Source of the DNA: Nemertoderma westbladi
Lineage: Eukaryota > Animalia > Xenacoelomorpha
Direction of reading: 5' to 3'
DNA: 64,000 nt
NCBI GenBank assembly: GCA_032718475.1
Contig: JAUCBJ010001846.1
Location: 124,001-188,000, forward strand
A program made the translations under genes and the position numbers. Shown here piece after piece: positions 50,640 to 62,829 of the stretch; within the stretch, counting starts at the first letter, position 1; each line of letters opens with the position of its first letter. Under the pieces are notes generated by a model. That model saw only the letters and a program-made list of their open reading frames with translations, had not been told where the DNA came from and made no database searches.

Positions 50640-51749
50640 ATGGATACATTAAAAGCATATCTTCAGCTATCTTTAGCCAATGCGTCGATAGACTTTGTTA
50701 AGAGAGCATTAGCTCAATATAGCAGTCTTAGTAACTTTTTTGAAGACACCAAACACTGGCGAACCTTGGGGTTAACCGCCAAACAAGTTGATCGATTAAT
50801 GAATGTTAAAACTTCAGCCATTGAAAAGGCGCTGGTATGGTCGAGCCAGCATGATCAACACATTATTAGTTTTTTTGATGATCGCTATCCACCCCTTTTA
50901 AAGCAAATTAATGACCCACCTTTACTGATATATGCTTGGGGAGATGTTGTTTGTTTATCGCAGGCTTGTATAGCGGTTGTGGGAACGCGAGTGCCTTCAA
51001 AAGAGGGGGTTTATAATGCACGGTATTTTTCAGGTTATTTAGCGAAGTGTGGCTTTGTGATCAGCAGTGGTATGGCGCTTGGGGTGGATGGGTATGCCCA
51101 TCAAGGGGCGTTGGCTATGGGCAGAAAAACGGTTGCAGTGTTAGGTAGTGGTTTGCTAAAAGTTTACCCAAAAGCACATCAAACCTTGTTTGAGCAAATT
51201 AAAGAAAGTGGTGCGGTTATTTCAGAATACCCTTTAGATACACCGCCTGTTGCCAAAAATTTTCCTCGCCGAAATCGAATTATCAGTGGCTTAAGTTTGG
51301 GCACGCTAGTTGTTCAAGGGAAAGAAAAAAGCGGATCACTGATTAGCGCAAGGCTTGCTGCTCAGCAAGGTCGTCATGTGTGGGCGATTCCAGGTTCTAT
51401 TTATCAAACCCTTTCAAAAGGTGCTCATTATTTGATTCGAGAAGGGGCCATATTGGTGGACGAACCCCAACAAATTGTGGACGATTTAGCCCAAAATGGT
51501 CTTGTTGATGCTAGGCAAGTTGCTTGTGAGAAACCAAATAAAAAAGCGATTGATCCACAGCATTTAAAGGCACACCCTGTTTTGCATCACATTAGTGATT
51601 CACCGCTTGATGTTGATCAGTTGGTATTAGCGAGTCATTTAGCGGTTGATCAAGTGCTGACATCGCTCACAGTACTAGAAATGTTGGGGGTGGTTGAAAG
51701 GGTAGATCAAGGGTATATTTTGCAACATGTGCCTTCAGGTAATGGATAA
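50640..51749 (+). CDS. dprA: DNA-protecting protein DprA
   Basis: YPPLL..I.DPP, VVGTR, SGMALGVDG.AH, FPRRNRIISGLS, SGSLISA. Confidence 0.96.
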   Translation: MDTLKAYLQLSLANASIDFVKRALAQYSSLSNFFEDTKHWRTLGLTAKQVDRLMNVKTSAIEKALVWSSQHDQHIISFFDDRYPPLLKQINDPPLLIYAWGDVVCLSQACIAVVGTRVPSKEGVYNARYFSGYLAKCGFVISSGMALGVDGYAHQGALAMGRKTVAVLGSGLLKVYPKAHQTLFEQIKESGAVISEYPLDTPPVAKNFPRRNRIISGLSLGTLVVQGKEKSGSLISARLAAQQGRHVWAIPGSIYQTLSKGAHYLIREGAILVDEPQQIVDDLAQNGLVDARQVACEKPNKKAIDPQHLKAHPVLHHISDSPLDVDQLVLASHLAVDQVLTSLTVLEMLGVVERVDQGYILQHVPSGNG

Positions 51750-51822
51750 ATGTTGTTTTCCAATAACTTTTATTATTACAATGGGCATGAAAAATTAAAT
51801 TGGTCAAACATTATCACTTATT

Positions 51823-54147
51823 ATGAATCTTTTAATTGTTGAATCTCCCGCCAAAGGCAAAACAATTGAAAAGTTTTTGGGCAAAGGTTTCAAGGTGGTG
51901 TCTTCCATCGGTCATATACGTGATATTCCCAAAAAAGGCTTGGGCATTGATGTTGAAAACAATTTCACCCCTACCTATGAAATTTCCAGTGATAAAAAAA
52001 AACTGGTCAGTACCCTAAAAAGGGAAGTCAAAGCTGCGGGTGAAATTTACCTTGCAACGGATGATGATAGAGAAGGGGAAGCCATTGCTTGGCATTTGTG
52101 TCATGCTTTGTCGCTTGATCCGGCCACCACGTATCGCATTACTTTTAACGAGATCACAAAATCAGCCATTCAACAGGCTGTTCAAAACCCTAAAACCATT
52201 AACATGCAACTGGTTGATGCTCAAAAAGCAAGGCGTGTGATTGATCGATTAGTGGGGTATGAGCTTTCCCCTGTTTTGTGGAAAAAAATATCAGGGGCTC
52301 ATTCAGCAGGTCGTGTTCAATCGCCCACCATGCGCTTGGTGGTGGAACGAGAACGCCAGATCAACGAATTTAAGGTTGAATCAAGCTATGAGTGCCAAGC
52401 TCAGTTTTTAACTACCAATCAAGAAGCATTACATGCAAGCTGTTTGAAAAAATTGGGTAATCAGGGCGATGCTAAAACCCATATTCAAGCCCTAGGTGAA
52501 TGCAGCTTTCACATTAGTGATGTCCAGTCCAAACAAGCCTTTCGTCGCCCCGCAGCTCCCTTTACCACCTCATCGCTACAGCAAGAGGCCTCAAGCCGTT
52601 TAGGGTTTAGCGTGAAACAAACCATGACATTGGCGCAAAATTTATACCGCACAGGGCATATTACCTACATGCGAACCGATTCAGTTCATCTCTCTCAACA
52701 AGCGATCGATCAAGCCAAACAACACATTGTTGATACATGGGGTGAAAAATACTTAGCCAGCAAACAATACGCCAACAAAATTAGCAATGCGCAAGAGGCG
52801 CATGAAGCCATTCGCCCAACCGATATGCGGGCTCAAACGCCCGCAATTACAAGTGATAGTGAGTTAAAGCTTTACCAATTTATTTGGCGGCGGGCCTTAG
52901 CTTCCCAAATGAAGCCAGCTGAACTTACAAGAACTGATATCCTAATTGATAGCGACCAACCTAAAAAAACAGGGCAATTTAGGGCACGCGGAGAGGTGGT
53001 GATATTTGATGGGTATTTTACAGTTTACCCCTATGATCAGCTAAAAGATAAACACCTAACGAAGGTTGATCAAAACGAGGTGCTACTGCTTCAGTCAGCC
53101 GAAACCATCCAATTATTTTCACAGCCCAAAGGGCGCTACACAGAAGCAAGCCTTGTTAAAACCCTTGAAAAACTTGGCATTGGTCGACCATCCACCTATG
53201 CCTCAATGGTTTCTACCGTGCAAGAGCGAAGCTATGTGGTGAAACAAGACGTACAACCCAAAACACGTTTGATTGATAAAATGACTTTAATAGCGGGTAA
53301 ATTTGAACAGAAACAACAAGAGAAACCCTATGGCGGGGAGAAAAACAAACTCATGCCCACACCGTTGGCGGATTTAACGGCTGATTTTTTAATCAACCAA
53401 TTTAACACGGTGGTGGACTATCAATTCACCGCTGATTTAGAAACACAGTTTGACCAAATTTCTCTCGGTAAACTCACATCACAACAAGTTTTAGAATCGT
53501 TCTATAGTGATTTCCACGCCACTGTTGTTGAGGCAGAAAAGCTAAAAAAAGAAGATGTCTCACAAGCAAGACAACTTGGCATTCACCCTAAAACAAATCG
53601 ACCCATCAGCGTGCGGTTGGGCCGTTTTGGCCCCTTTGTGCAAATGGGTTTAGCAGAGGATGAAGAAAAACCCGTTTTTGCCAGTTTGCCTGAGGATATT
53701 GCCATCGGTGATATCACCTTAGCGCACACACTAACCTTATTTGAACTACCCAAAGAGTTGGGTAAAAATAAACAAGGGGATGTTATTTCAACCAACCGAG
53801 GTCGTTTTGGGCCGTACGTGAAATATGGCACTAATTTTGTCTCAATTAAAGATCACGACCCACACACTATCACGCTCGAAACAGCCTTAGAATTGATTGA
53901 AGCAAAAATTAAAGCCGATCAAGCTAAAATGATCAAAGTATTTGAAGGCAGTGACATTAAAATACTTGATGGTCGCTTTGGCCCTTACATTACCAACGGC
54001 AAGAAAAAACGGTCAGAACAGGTCAACGTTTCGGTTAAAAAAGCTTTTCCAGATTTAGATGATCCTAAAACCTTAACATTAGAACAATGCCAGGCCATTA
54101 TTAAAAATCCACCCCCCAACAAAACCGCGCCCAAAAAAACGGGCTAG
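51823..54147 (+). CDS. topA: DNA topoisomerase I with Topo_C-type repeats (no Zn ribbons)
   Basis: IVESPAK, TDDDREGE, SAGRVQS, ITYMRTDS, GIGRPSTY; three GRFGP(F/Y) repeats. Confidence 0.96.
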   Translation: MNLLIVESPAKGKTIEKFLGKGFKVVSSIGHIRDIPKKGLGIDVENNFTPTYEISSDKKKLVSTLKREVKAAGEIYLATDDDREGEAIAWHLCHALSLDPATTYRITFNEITKSAIQQAVQNPKTINMQLVDAQKARRVIDRLVGYELSPVLWKKISGAHSAGRVQSPTMRLVVERERQINEFKVESSYECQAQFLTTNQEALHASCLKKLGNQGDAKTHIQALGECSFHISDVQSKQAFRRPAAPFTTSSLQQEASSRLGFSVKQTMTLAQNLYRTGHITYMRTDSVHLSQQAIDQAKQHIVDTWGEKYLASKQYANKISNAQEAHEAIRPTDMRAQTPAITSDSELKLYQFIWRRALASQMKPAELTRTDILIDSDQPKKTGQFRARGEVVIFDGYFTVYPYDQLKDKHLTKVDQNEVLLLQSAETIQLFSQPKGRYTEASLVKTLEKLGIGRPSTYASMVSTVQERSYVVKQDVQPKTRLIDKMTLIAGKFEQKQQEKPYGGEKNKLMPTPLADLTADFLINQFNTVVDYQFTADLETQFDQISLGKLTSQQVLESFYSDFHATVVEAEKLKKEDVSQARQLGIHPKTNRPISVRLGRFGPFVQMGLAEDEEKPVFASLPEDIAIGDITLAHTLTLFELPKELGKNKQGDVISTNRGRFGPYVKYGTNFVSIKDHDPHTITLETALELIEAKIKADQAKMIKVFEGSDIKILDGRFGPYITNGKKKRSEQVNVSVKKAFPDLDDPKTLTLEQCQAIIKNPPPNKTAPKKTG

Positions 54148-54172
54148 TTCAAAAAAATAACGGGAGATCATC

Positions 54173-54646
54173 ATGCCATTTGTCAGTATTTTAATGGGAT
54201 CAAGTTCCGATAAGCCACAAGTTCAAGCAACCTTAAATGTGTTGGATCAATTTGGGATTGTTTATGAGCATCGGGTATTATCAGCCCATCGCACCCCGGA
54301 TGAAACCAAAACCTATGTGCAAGATGCCGATAAACGCGGCTGTGCCGTATTTATTGCCGCCGCCGGCATGGCGGCACATTTGGCAGGGGCTGTAGCAGCT
54401 ACCACCATCAAGCCTGTGATTGGCATTCCAATGGATGCTAGTCTAAATGGACTAGATGCTTTGCTTTCCACCGTGCAAATGCCGGGGGGCGTTCCTGTTG
54501 CCACCGTTGCCATTGGCAAAGCGGGGGCAAAAAATGCTGCTTATTTGGCCTTGCAAATTTTGGGGCTTTCAAATCCAGAGCTGCAAAATGCATTACTTAA
54601 GCAGCGCCAGATAGAAAGGAAAAAAATTCTTGCCTTTAATACCTAA
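54173..54646 (+). CDS. purE: N5-CAIR mutase
   Basis: [33 protein letters not shown]. Confidence 0.96.
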   Translation: MPFVSILMGSSSDKPQVQATLNVLDQFGIVYEHRVLSAHRTPDETKTYVQDADKRGCAVFIAAAGMAAHLAGAVAATTIKPVIGIPMDASLNGLDALLSTVQMPGGVPVATVAIGKAGAKNAAYLALQILGLSNPELQNALLKQRQIERKKILAFNT

Positions 54647-54666
54647 AAAAGTAAGCAAAGATAAAG

Positions 54667-55116
54667 ATGGCTCAATCTGTTAAACAAGAACACCCCAGTA
54701 ACATAATAGGGATTGAACTTAGAACTAATAATCAACAGGCTTTTGATACAATACCTCTCTTTTGGGAACAATTTTTTTCCAACAATTGTTTAGAAAAAAT
54801 ACCCAACAAGCAATCAGAAAACATTTTTGCGGTGTACATAAATTTTGAAAATGAAGGTCAAAATAACAAGGGTGAATATTCGCTGATTATTGGTGCCCAA
54901 GTTGTTGATTTAAAAACTATTCCAGACGGGTTTATTTCAACCATTATTCCGCCTTCCAACCGAAAAGTATTTGAAGTCGAGAAAGGTCGAAGCCAAAAGG
55001 TTGGCGAAAAATGGCAAGAAATTTGGAAAATCGATACGCTTGAAAAAACCTTTATTTGTGACTATGAATTGTATAAGCCATCGGGTGAAATTGCCATTTA
55101 TGTGGGTGTAAAATAG
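54667..55116 (+). CDS. GyrI-like/AraC effector-binding domain protein
   Basis: IIGIELRTNN, IP..W..F, YSLIIG, W..IW, DYELY, IYVGVK. Confidence 0.8.
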   Translation: MAQSVKQEHPSNIIGIELRTNNQQAFDTIPLFWEQFFSNNCLEKIPNKQSENIFAVYINFENEGQNNKGEYSLIIGAQVVDLKTIPDGFISTIIPPSNRKVFEVEKGRSQKVGEKWQEIWKIDTLEKTFICDYELYKPSGEIAIYVGVK

Positions 55117-55182
55117 TTCTGGTTTATCACCAAGTTAAAGTCCCCATCTTTATGGTTATAGGGATATTGTAAAGGCGTTATA

Positions 55183-55896
55183 TTATTCTGTTGGCTTATT
55201 CTTTTTAAAAATATTCCACAACCAAAATTGCTTCACATAAAGTATTTGTCTGATGGGTGTATCAATAACGATTAATAAAAATCCGATAGACAGCAAACAC
55301 CACACAGCTGGAAATTCGTTGGGATCACCATTAGTAAGTAAATAACTTAGGCCAACCCCCGCGATCAAATGGTAAAGTGTGGTTCGCCATGATCCATAGA
55401 GTAGGGGCATTATGAAAGCGGCAAACATATAAATATTTGGTGTTAATACATTAAATGGAATATGCCATGCGATATGCCAGCTACCTGAAACAGAGCATAG
55501 TATTTTTCCGCACAAATAGTCTCCAATTTGACATGGGGGCGCCCAGCTGAATGGATATAATCGTATTAAAAGTAAAATGGATGCGATAAAACAAACAATA
55601 TAAACAGGTCTCTGAATTTTTTGACGAATATCATTCGGGATAAAATGCATAGAGATAGCATTGATAAAAAATACTTGAAACGTAATATGCAAATAACCTA
55701 ATAAAGTGGCTAGTTGATTAGCAGGGTTATTACACTGGTCAATCACAGAATAGGTATAAGCCTGCAACAATTCCATTAAGGAAAAATAGATCAGCGTTAC
55801 CCAAATAGCCGGCGGTTCTTTCTTGTACGCTGCATAGCTAGCACCTGCAATACCGGCTGCACCCATCACTAATGATGCTTCACCACTCCAACACAT
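55183..55896 (-). CDS. Conserved membrane protein (DUF5765-like)
   Basis: MCWSGEAS, YFSLMELLQA.TY, C.VSG.WHIAW, NEFPAVWCL. Confidence 0.75.
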   Translation of the reverse strand: MCWSGEASLVMGAAGIAGASYAAYKKEPPAIWVTLIYFSLMELLQAYTYSVIDQCNNPANQLATLLGYLHITFQVFFINAISMHFIPNDIRQKIQRPVYIVCFIASILLLIRLYPFSWAPPCQIGDYLCGKILCSVSGSWHIAWHIPFNVLTPNIYMFAAFIMPLLYGSWRTTLYHLIAGVGLSYLLTNGDPNEFPAVWCLLSIGFLLIVIDTPIRQILYVKQFWLWNIFKKNKPTE

Positions 55897-55928
55897 AGAG
55901 AACCTCCAATCTAAATAAAAATATTTTT

Positions 55929-57577
<1,649 letters not shown>

Positions 57578-57621
57578 TTTGTGTTATTTTTTGTGACTAA
57601 AACGATTTAATATTATCATAA

Positions 57622-58809
57622 ATGCAACACTTTTTTCGGGGTAAGAACATTTTAATTGGAATCACCGGTAGCATTGCGGCTTATAAAATACCCCAATTGG
57701 TTGATCAGTTTGTGCAATTGGGGGCTTGTGTGCGGGTAGTGTTGACTAAAAACGCCCGCCATTTTGTTGCCCCACTGGCCTTACAAGCCTTGGGTGCCCA
57801 AATTGTGCGGGATGACTTATTTGATTTAGAGGCAGAACGCGCCATGAGCCACATGCAACTAGCCAAATGGTGCGATGGCATTGTAATTGTGCCTTGTTCT
57901 GCCAATACGCTAAGCGCCCTTTCACAGGGTTTGGCCAATAATTTGCTTACAACTACTCTATTAGCCAGTCGAGCCCCAGTTGCGATTGTGCCTGCCATGA
58001 ATCAAGCCATGTGGGGAGCGACTGTTATTCAAGCGCATGTTCAAAAATTAAAAAAGCGTGATGTTCAAATAATCGGCCCCGTTTGTGGCTTGCAGGCTTG
58101 TGGTGATGAAGGTGAAGGGCGCATGACGGATATTCCCACTATTTTATTGCATTTGGTGGGGTTGTTTGTGCCTAAGATTCTAACGGGCAAAAAAGTAGTG
58201 GTTAGTGCGGGGGGCACAACAGAGCCAATTGATCCTGTGCGTTTTATAACCAACCGAAGTTCAGGGAAAATGGGGCTGGCCATGGCTAATGCAGCTGTGA
58301 ATTTAGGGGCTAATGTTTGTTTAGTTACAGGCCATGTGTGGGCAGGTTTGCCTCATATTGCACATGAACAGGTGTGCGTAAAAACAGCCAAACAAATGCA
58401 ACATGTGGTGCAGGAAAAGTTAATAGATGCCGATGTTTTTATCTCCGCTGCTGCTATTGCAGATTACAGGCCTACAAAGGTTTCACATGACAAATTAAAG
58501 AAACAAAAAGACTTGTGGAACATTGAATTAACAAAAAATGCAGATGTGTTGTCCATGATGGTAAAACAATTTCCCAATGTATTGTGTGTGGGTTTTGCCG
58601 CTGAAACAGATAGTAGCCAAGCCCTTATAAAGATGAAAAATAAGGGGCTTGATATGTTGGTGGTTAATGAAGTAGGACATAACCAAGGCTTTGAATTGGA
58701 TGAAAATACGGTTAATGTGTTGGTAAAGGATAAGGTTATTCCATTACCCAAGTCGTCAAAATTTTCCCTTTCGCACGGTATTTGGCAGGTTTTAGTTAAA
58801 GGTGTTTAA
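57622..58809 (+). CDS. coaBC: Bifunctional phosphopantothenoylcysteine decarboxylase/synthetase
   Basis: GITGSIAAYK, PAMN, ACG..G.GRM, DPVRFITNRSSGKMG, GFAAET. Confidence 0.96.
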   Translation: MQHFFRGKNILIGITGSIAAYKIPQLVDQFVQLGACVRVVLTKNARHFVAPLALQALGAQIVRDDLFDLEAERAMSHMQLAKWCDGIVIVPCSANTLSALSQGLANNLLTTTLLASRAPVAIVPAMNQAMWGATVIQAHVQKLKKRDVQIIGPVCGLQACGDEGEGRMTDIPTILLHLVGLFVPKILTGKKVVVSAGGTTEPIDPVRFITNRSSGKMGLAMANAAVNLGANVCLVTGHVWAGLPHIAHEQVCVKTAKQMQHVVQEKLIDADVFISAAAIADYRPTKVSHDKLKKQKDLWNIELTKNADVLSMMVKQFPNVLCVGFAAETDSSQALIKMKNKGLDMLVVNEVGHNQGFELDENTVNVLVKDKVIPLPKSSKFSLSHGIWQVLVKGV

Positions 58810-59029
58810 ATAGGTTTTAGAAATGCGGTTGTTGCACACAAGATCAACAACCACCCACACGCATGATAAATAACTAATCAAGTTGTTGCGCCTGATGCAA
58901 CACTATTGCAAGTTTTAAATCTTAAAGCCCGCCATACCGACTCCCCCACCTAATCTATTTTGAATATCTGTGAGGATGTTTTGTTGCTCAGGGCTAAGCC
59001 TTGCACTGGAACTTAACGTTCTTTGTTGC

Positions 59030-60669
59030 CTATTCCCACACCGCCTTAACAATGATACTTGTGGTGATGTTTTCATTCCCAATCGCATCCACTAGGCTTT
59101 GAATCAGTGCTTGGCCATCGGTTTCATCTAAGAGGGTGAGTTCAACGCTTGAGGCAATATCAACCCATCTGTGATTGGATAAGGGAGTAGCCTGTTTTGT
59201 CAGTGACTGTTTTAGCGATGGATTCAACCAAACCATTTTTAATCACCAATAAATCTGTTTTGGCCTTAATGGAAGTGGTTTGTGTTTTAATCGTATCAAG
59301 TTTGCTTTGAGTGGAGGTATTATCATAGTTGATTAAGGTATCCGTTTTAGCCTTGATGCTGTGTTTGTATTGATGAGTGTGTTAGCTTGTTCTGTTGTTA
59401 AACCACCTCCTGAGCCTTGAAAATCATCCACAGAAGTTACAGGTGTTCCCTTAACAGATTGAATATCGGCTTTGAGGGTATCGGTGTTTTTGGCTAAAAC
59501 ATTGGTGGTTTTTAGTGCTGTTTTAATCTCAGAGGCAGTCAGTGCAAAGCCTGTTTTATCCGTTAGACTTCTTGTTTGGTTATTCCAAAGTTTATTTGCA
59601 AAAGCTGTTGAATCAATAGTTTCAAGTGCCCCTACGCCTAATGCCACTTCATTAGCGGTTCCGCTTTTGAATGTGTATTTAACATTGAACGACTTCTCAA
59701 TACCCCTTTGGCTAAAGGATGCTTTGATCAATACTTTGTTACTACTTGAAAGATAGCCGTAAGTAAACGGTGTTGTGCCTGTTTTGAGTGTTCCACTGTT
59801 ACCTACATCAATCTCCCAATCACCAACACTGAGTTGTTTGCTTGAGGCACTTATAAAACTTTCTAAGTTCATTTAGTTATCTTGGTATAAATACCACTTA
59901 ATCGCGTCATAAAGCTGATCAAGGTTAAAGGTTGTTGTTAGTGTGAATTTTTTGTTTGTCTTATCAAAGGCAATACTTGTGGTACTGGTGGTGTTGGAGA
60001 AGTTGGAGTCAGTCTGAGACTGTAAGCTGTATTTAGTCTTTTTGGTGAAGGCTTGAGATTTGATGAGTAGTGTTTCGTTCCAACCCTCTGGCATAGATAG
60101 CCCACTGGGTTGTGGCATTCACTGAACTGGTTGAATGATCAAATAGTTCTGCCTCTAATAGTTTGGTTTCAGTGATTTTTCCGTTTGTGTCGGTGGTTTT
60201 GTAGATAGTGTTTAAGACCTCAGCACTGGCATGTGTACTTCAACATTTCTTAAGCTCATTCCAAAACATCGAAAATAGCCCCCATAGCAACGGATATCAC
60301 CATTACCTTTGGAATAATAAGTGCCCCCAAACATTTCACAAGTTGAGTGTGTTGTTATCACAAATAAAGCCATCAAGTGTACTGCCAGAGGTGTCATAAA
60401 TGGTGCAAGGGTCACGTATGATGGGGCTATCCCCTTTGGTTTTAACATCCTCAATATTTTCACAAACGCCCAATGTTATCTTGCCGCCATTAATCGCTTT
60501 GAAGATGAAATCATCACTTGCACCACTATTAGCATGGATGTGCATGTTGGTGAGATGATTCGCATGGTTGTCCGTTTTGTAGCTGTTATGGCCGTATTTT
60601 GTCCAGCTTGGGTGGGGAATTGTGTCTGCGTTGAAGGTTTGTGTTAGTGGTGTGGGTTTGGGTGGTCAT
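59030..60669 (-). pseudogene. Heavily fragmented Thr/Ser-rich putative virion or adhesin protein
   Basis: ATG at 60669 abuts the previous stop; chain of short same-strand ORFs; internal repeats (L/V)TDKTG(F/Y).L and IKAKTD. Confidence 0.55.
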
Positions 60670-61017
60670 TTATTTGTAAAAAGCAATTGAGTAACTTACC
60701 TCACCTGGTGCAATCAGGTTGAGATATTTGGTTTGTTTAGTTGTACTGATGTGCCTTTCATCTAGTAGCCTTGTATTGGGTAAATAAATGCAGTGTCCTG
60801 CTTCAGGTGTTGTATTGGTTGGAATCTGAGCATCTTGCCCATTAATACTTAACCAAAATGCACCACTAACACCAAAGATCATAACCCTTGCACCGATAGG
60901 GACAGGTATTTTTGTGTTGGTATTTGCTTCAAGCACACCTGAGATAATATGTTTGGGTAAATTGATGATATTGCTTGGATTAAGTTTTGAGTCAATTAGA
61001 GTGATCAGTTTGTTCAT
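60670..61017 (-). CDS. Hypothetical phage-like protein
   Basis: Intact 115-aa ORF tightly packed within the tail module. Confidence 0.6.
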   Translation of the reverse strand: MNKLITLIDSKLNPSNIINLPKHIISGVLEANTNTKIPVPIGARVMIFGVSGAFWLSINGQDAQIPTNTTPEAGHCIYLPNTRLLDERHISTTKQTKYLNLIAPGEVSYSIAFYK

Positions 61018-61022
61018 CAGTT

Positions 61023-61514
61023 TTAGGTGGTGGTTGTTTGTGTGAGGTAGTCCTTTGGTTTAGGCATTTGCTTAATGAAGTATTCAGCTGTGCACTCATT
61101 TAAACTCAGGGTGTTGCTTAATACCTTTTGTTTAAGTTCAATGGCCTTATCTCGACAAACCCCATCTCAGCTTTTAAACGCTGTGTTTAATTGGATCGCC
61201 TGCTCAATGGATCGGTAGTCATGTTCTATCGCTATTTGGTTTTGCCACTGGGTTAATACGTTGGTGAGCTGTTGTTTGAGCTGCTGCTTTTTTTGTTTGA
61301 TTTCCAGCTCACTTAATGCTTTGGGTTTAGGGATGGGTTGTTTTACTAGGGCTGTTCTTTTTGTGTTGGGTTGGTAGTTGTGTGGGTTTTTAAGTTGTTC
61401 GGGTGTGGGTTGTTTAACGTCGATTACAATTGAATCAGCGGGTGGGCTGCCAATGTCTTTATCTGTTCGAAGATCAATGAGTTGGTTGTTTTTGTTGAAG
61501 ATAAATTGATGCAT
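61023..61514 (-). pseudogene. Tail fibre assembly/chaperone-like gene with an internal stop
   Basis: TAATG overlap with the fibre stop; A..HDY.SI..A pattern; TGA at 61167, then the frame stays open to 61023. Confidence 0.55.
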
Positions 61515-62322
61515 TAGAATTTTTCTCCAATAACACGCAGTACGGTTACACCACCTGCAACCGTCGATCTGCTGCTTGACCAACTGTCGGTGTAGCCGCT
61601 GCCACTGCTATTTCTTTTAAAACTAAGTGTTGTGGTTGTGCTCGAAAAGGTATTGCCTGTCATTTTAAAGGTGACGGTGGTGTAGATTTTGCTATAGTTA
61701 CTTTCTTGCACATGCCTTTCTGTGGTGATGATCTGTGGGCTACTGCCACTAGATTTCACTGCACCACCTTGTATGACGTAGTAGATCGCAGAGTAGTTAT
61801 TAACGTTTTGGGTAAGGGTACCAGAAGTGGCGCCTGTGCTTGAGGTGAATAGGAGGTGGCGTGTTTTATAAGTGGGTGCAAACGATTAGATTTATTTTTT
61901 ACATGGGCTTGAAGCGCTGCTTCTCCAAAAGCAGAAACATTTAAGGTGGTATTGCCTGCGTCAATACTAGATAGGCTTAAGGTATAGATAAACTCAAAAT
62001 CCGTCCCTGCACTTTTATAAGCAATGAGATTATTTGGATGAGAGTAAATAACAAACAAGGTGCCATCCTCCAAAAAAATACCCATCTCTCTGATCTCATA
62101 GGATTGATTACCTAAGAGTGTGGCACTTAGGGTAATTTGATCACCATTATATGTGTTTGAGGTAATGGCAATTCGATCTTGTTCGGCTTGAAGTGCGGTT
62201 TCTGACCTTGTCGGCGTGTAACTACCTGCTCCAAAACCAATGTGAGCAATCACGGCAGCAAGACCATTGCTATTCGTGATAGCATCAATGCCTGCTTGTG
62301 TATGGGTAAATACAATACTCAT
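61514..62322 (-). pseudogene. Phage tail fibre (DUF3751/tail-collar-type N-terminus), split
   Basis: TQAG....HIGFGAG.Y.P...TAL..E, YEIREMGIFLEDGTLF; C-terminal part in another frame (61514-61759). Confidence 0.8.
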
Positions 62323-62829
62323 GCAATACTTCCCTCAAGACTCAAGAATTGCTGAAACAAACCCACACTGGTGAGTTTAATGAGCTGATTGGTAAGAATT
62401 TTAAAGGTAACTGAATAATGCACATGCAAAGGCTTAGTCGCATCTAAAATGTCTTTGATATCATCAGTAACTGATTCACTTAACCCTTCTTTAGAGAGAA
62501 TGTTGATATCAATAGTGTTAGGGGTTCCTGTAGGTGTTTGATCAAACCACTCCACAATCTCAATCTCCGTATTAATCGCAGCAAGGGCTGTTTGAACGGC
62601 ATGAAGCGTTCCTTTGTGTTTGTGCGCTTCAATAGAGGCAGCAATGATTAATCGTTTCTTCTGTACATCCCAATCATCACTCCAAAAATCAACGCTGAGT
62701 TCCTTGGCAAGAAAGGGAAGCAAGGCTTCTGGTAGGGTCTGTGGGTTTTTATGGTGTTTTAAGGTAACAGGTAAACTATTCAAGCGTTGTTTCTATATTA
62801 GTTGAATTTTGGGGTAATAGTGTATTCAT
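62319..62829 (-). pseudogene. P2 GpI-like phage tail protein I, frameshifted near the 5' end
   Basis: True start MNTLLPQNSTNIETTLE* at 62829; LLPFLA.ELSVD.W...W, HKHKGT..AV..AL, IVEWF, KPLHVHY. Confidence 0.85.

Larger units (their letters stand above)
59030..62829 (-). mobile_element. Degraded phage tail module (prophage or tailocin remnant)
   Basis: Co-oriented, closely coupled GpI, tail fibre, chaperone and virion genes, most of them interrupted; boundaries approximate. Confidence 0.8.

Noticed and set aside
55117-55182. attC site between the GyrI-like and DUF5765-like genes
   Set aside because: Only GGCGTTA/TAACGCC matches; there is no extended stem and no similarity to the other two elements.
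61514-62322. Diversity-generating retroelement or invertible tail-fibre switch
   Set aside because: No reverse transcriptase or invertase and no TR/VR-length repeat pair; only an 8-bp CTGCCACT match.
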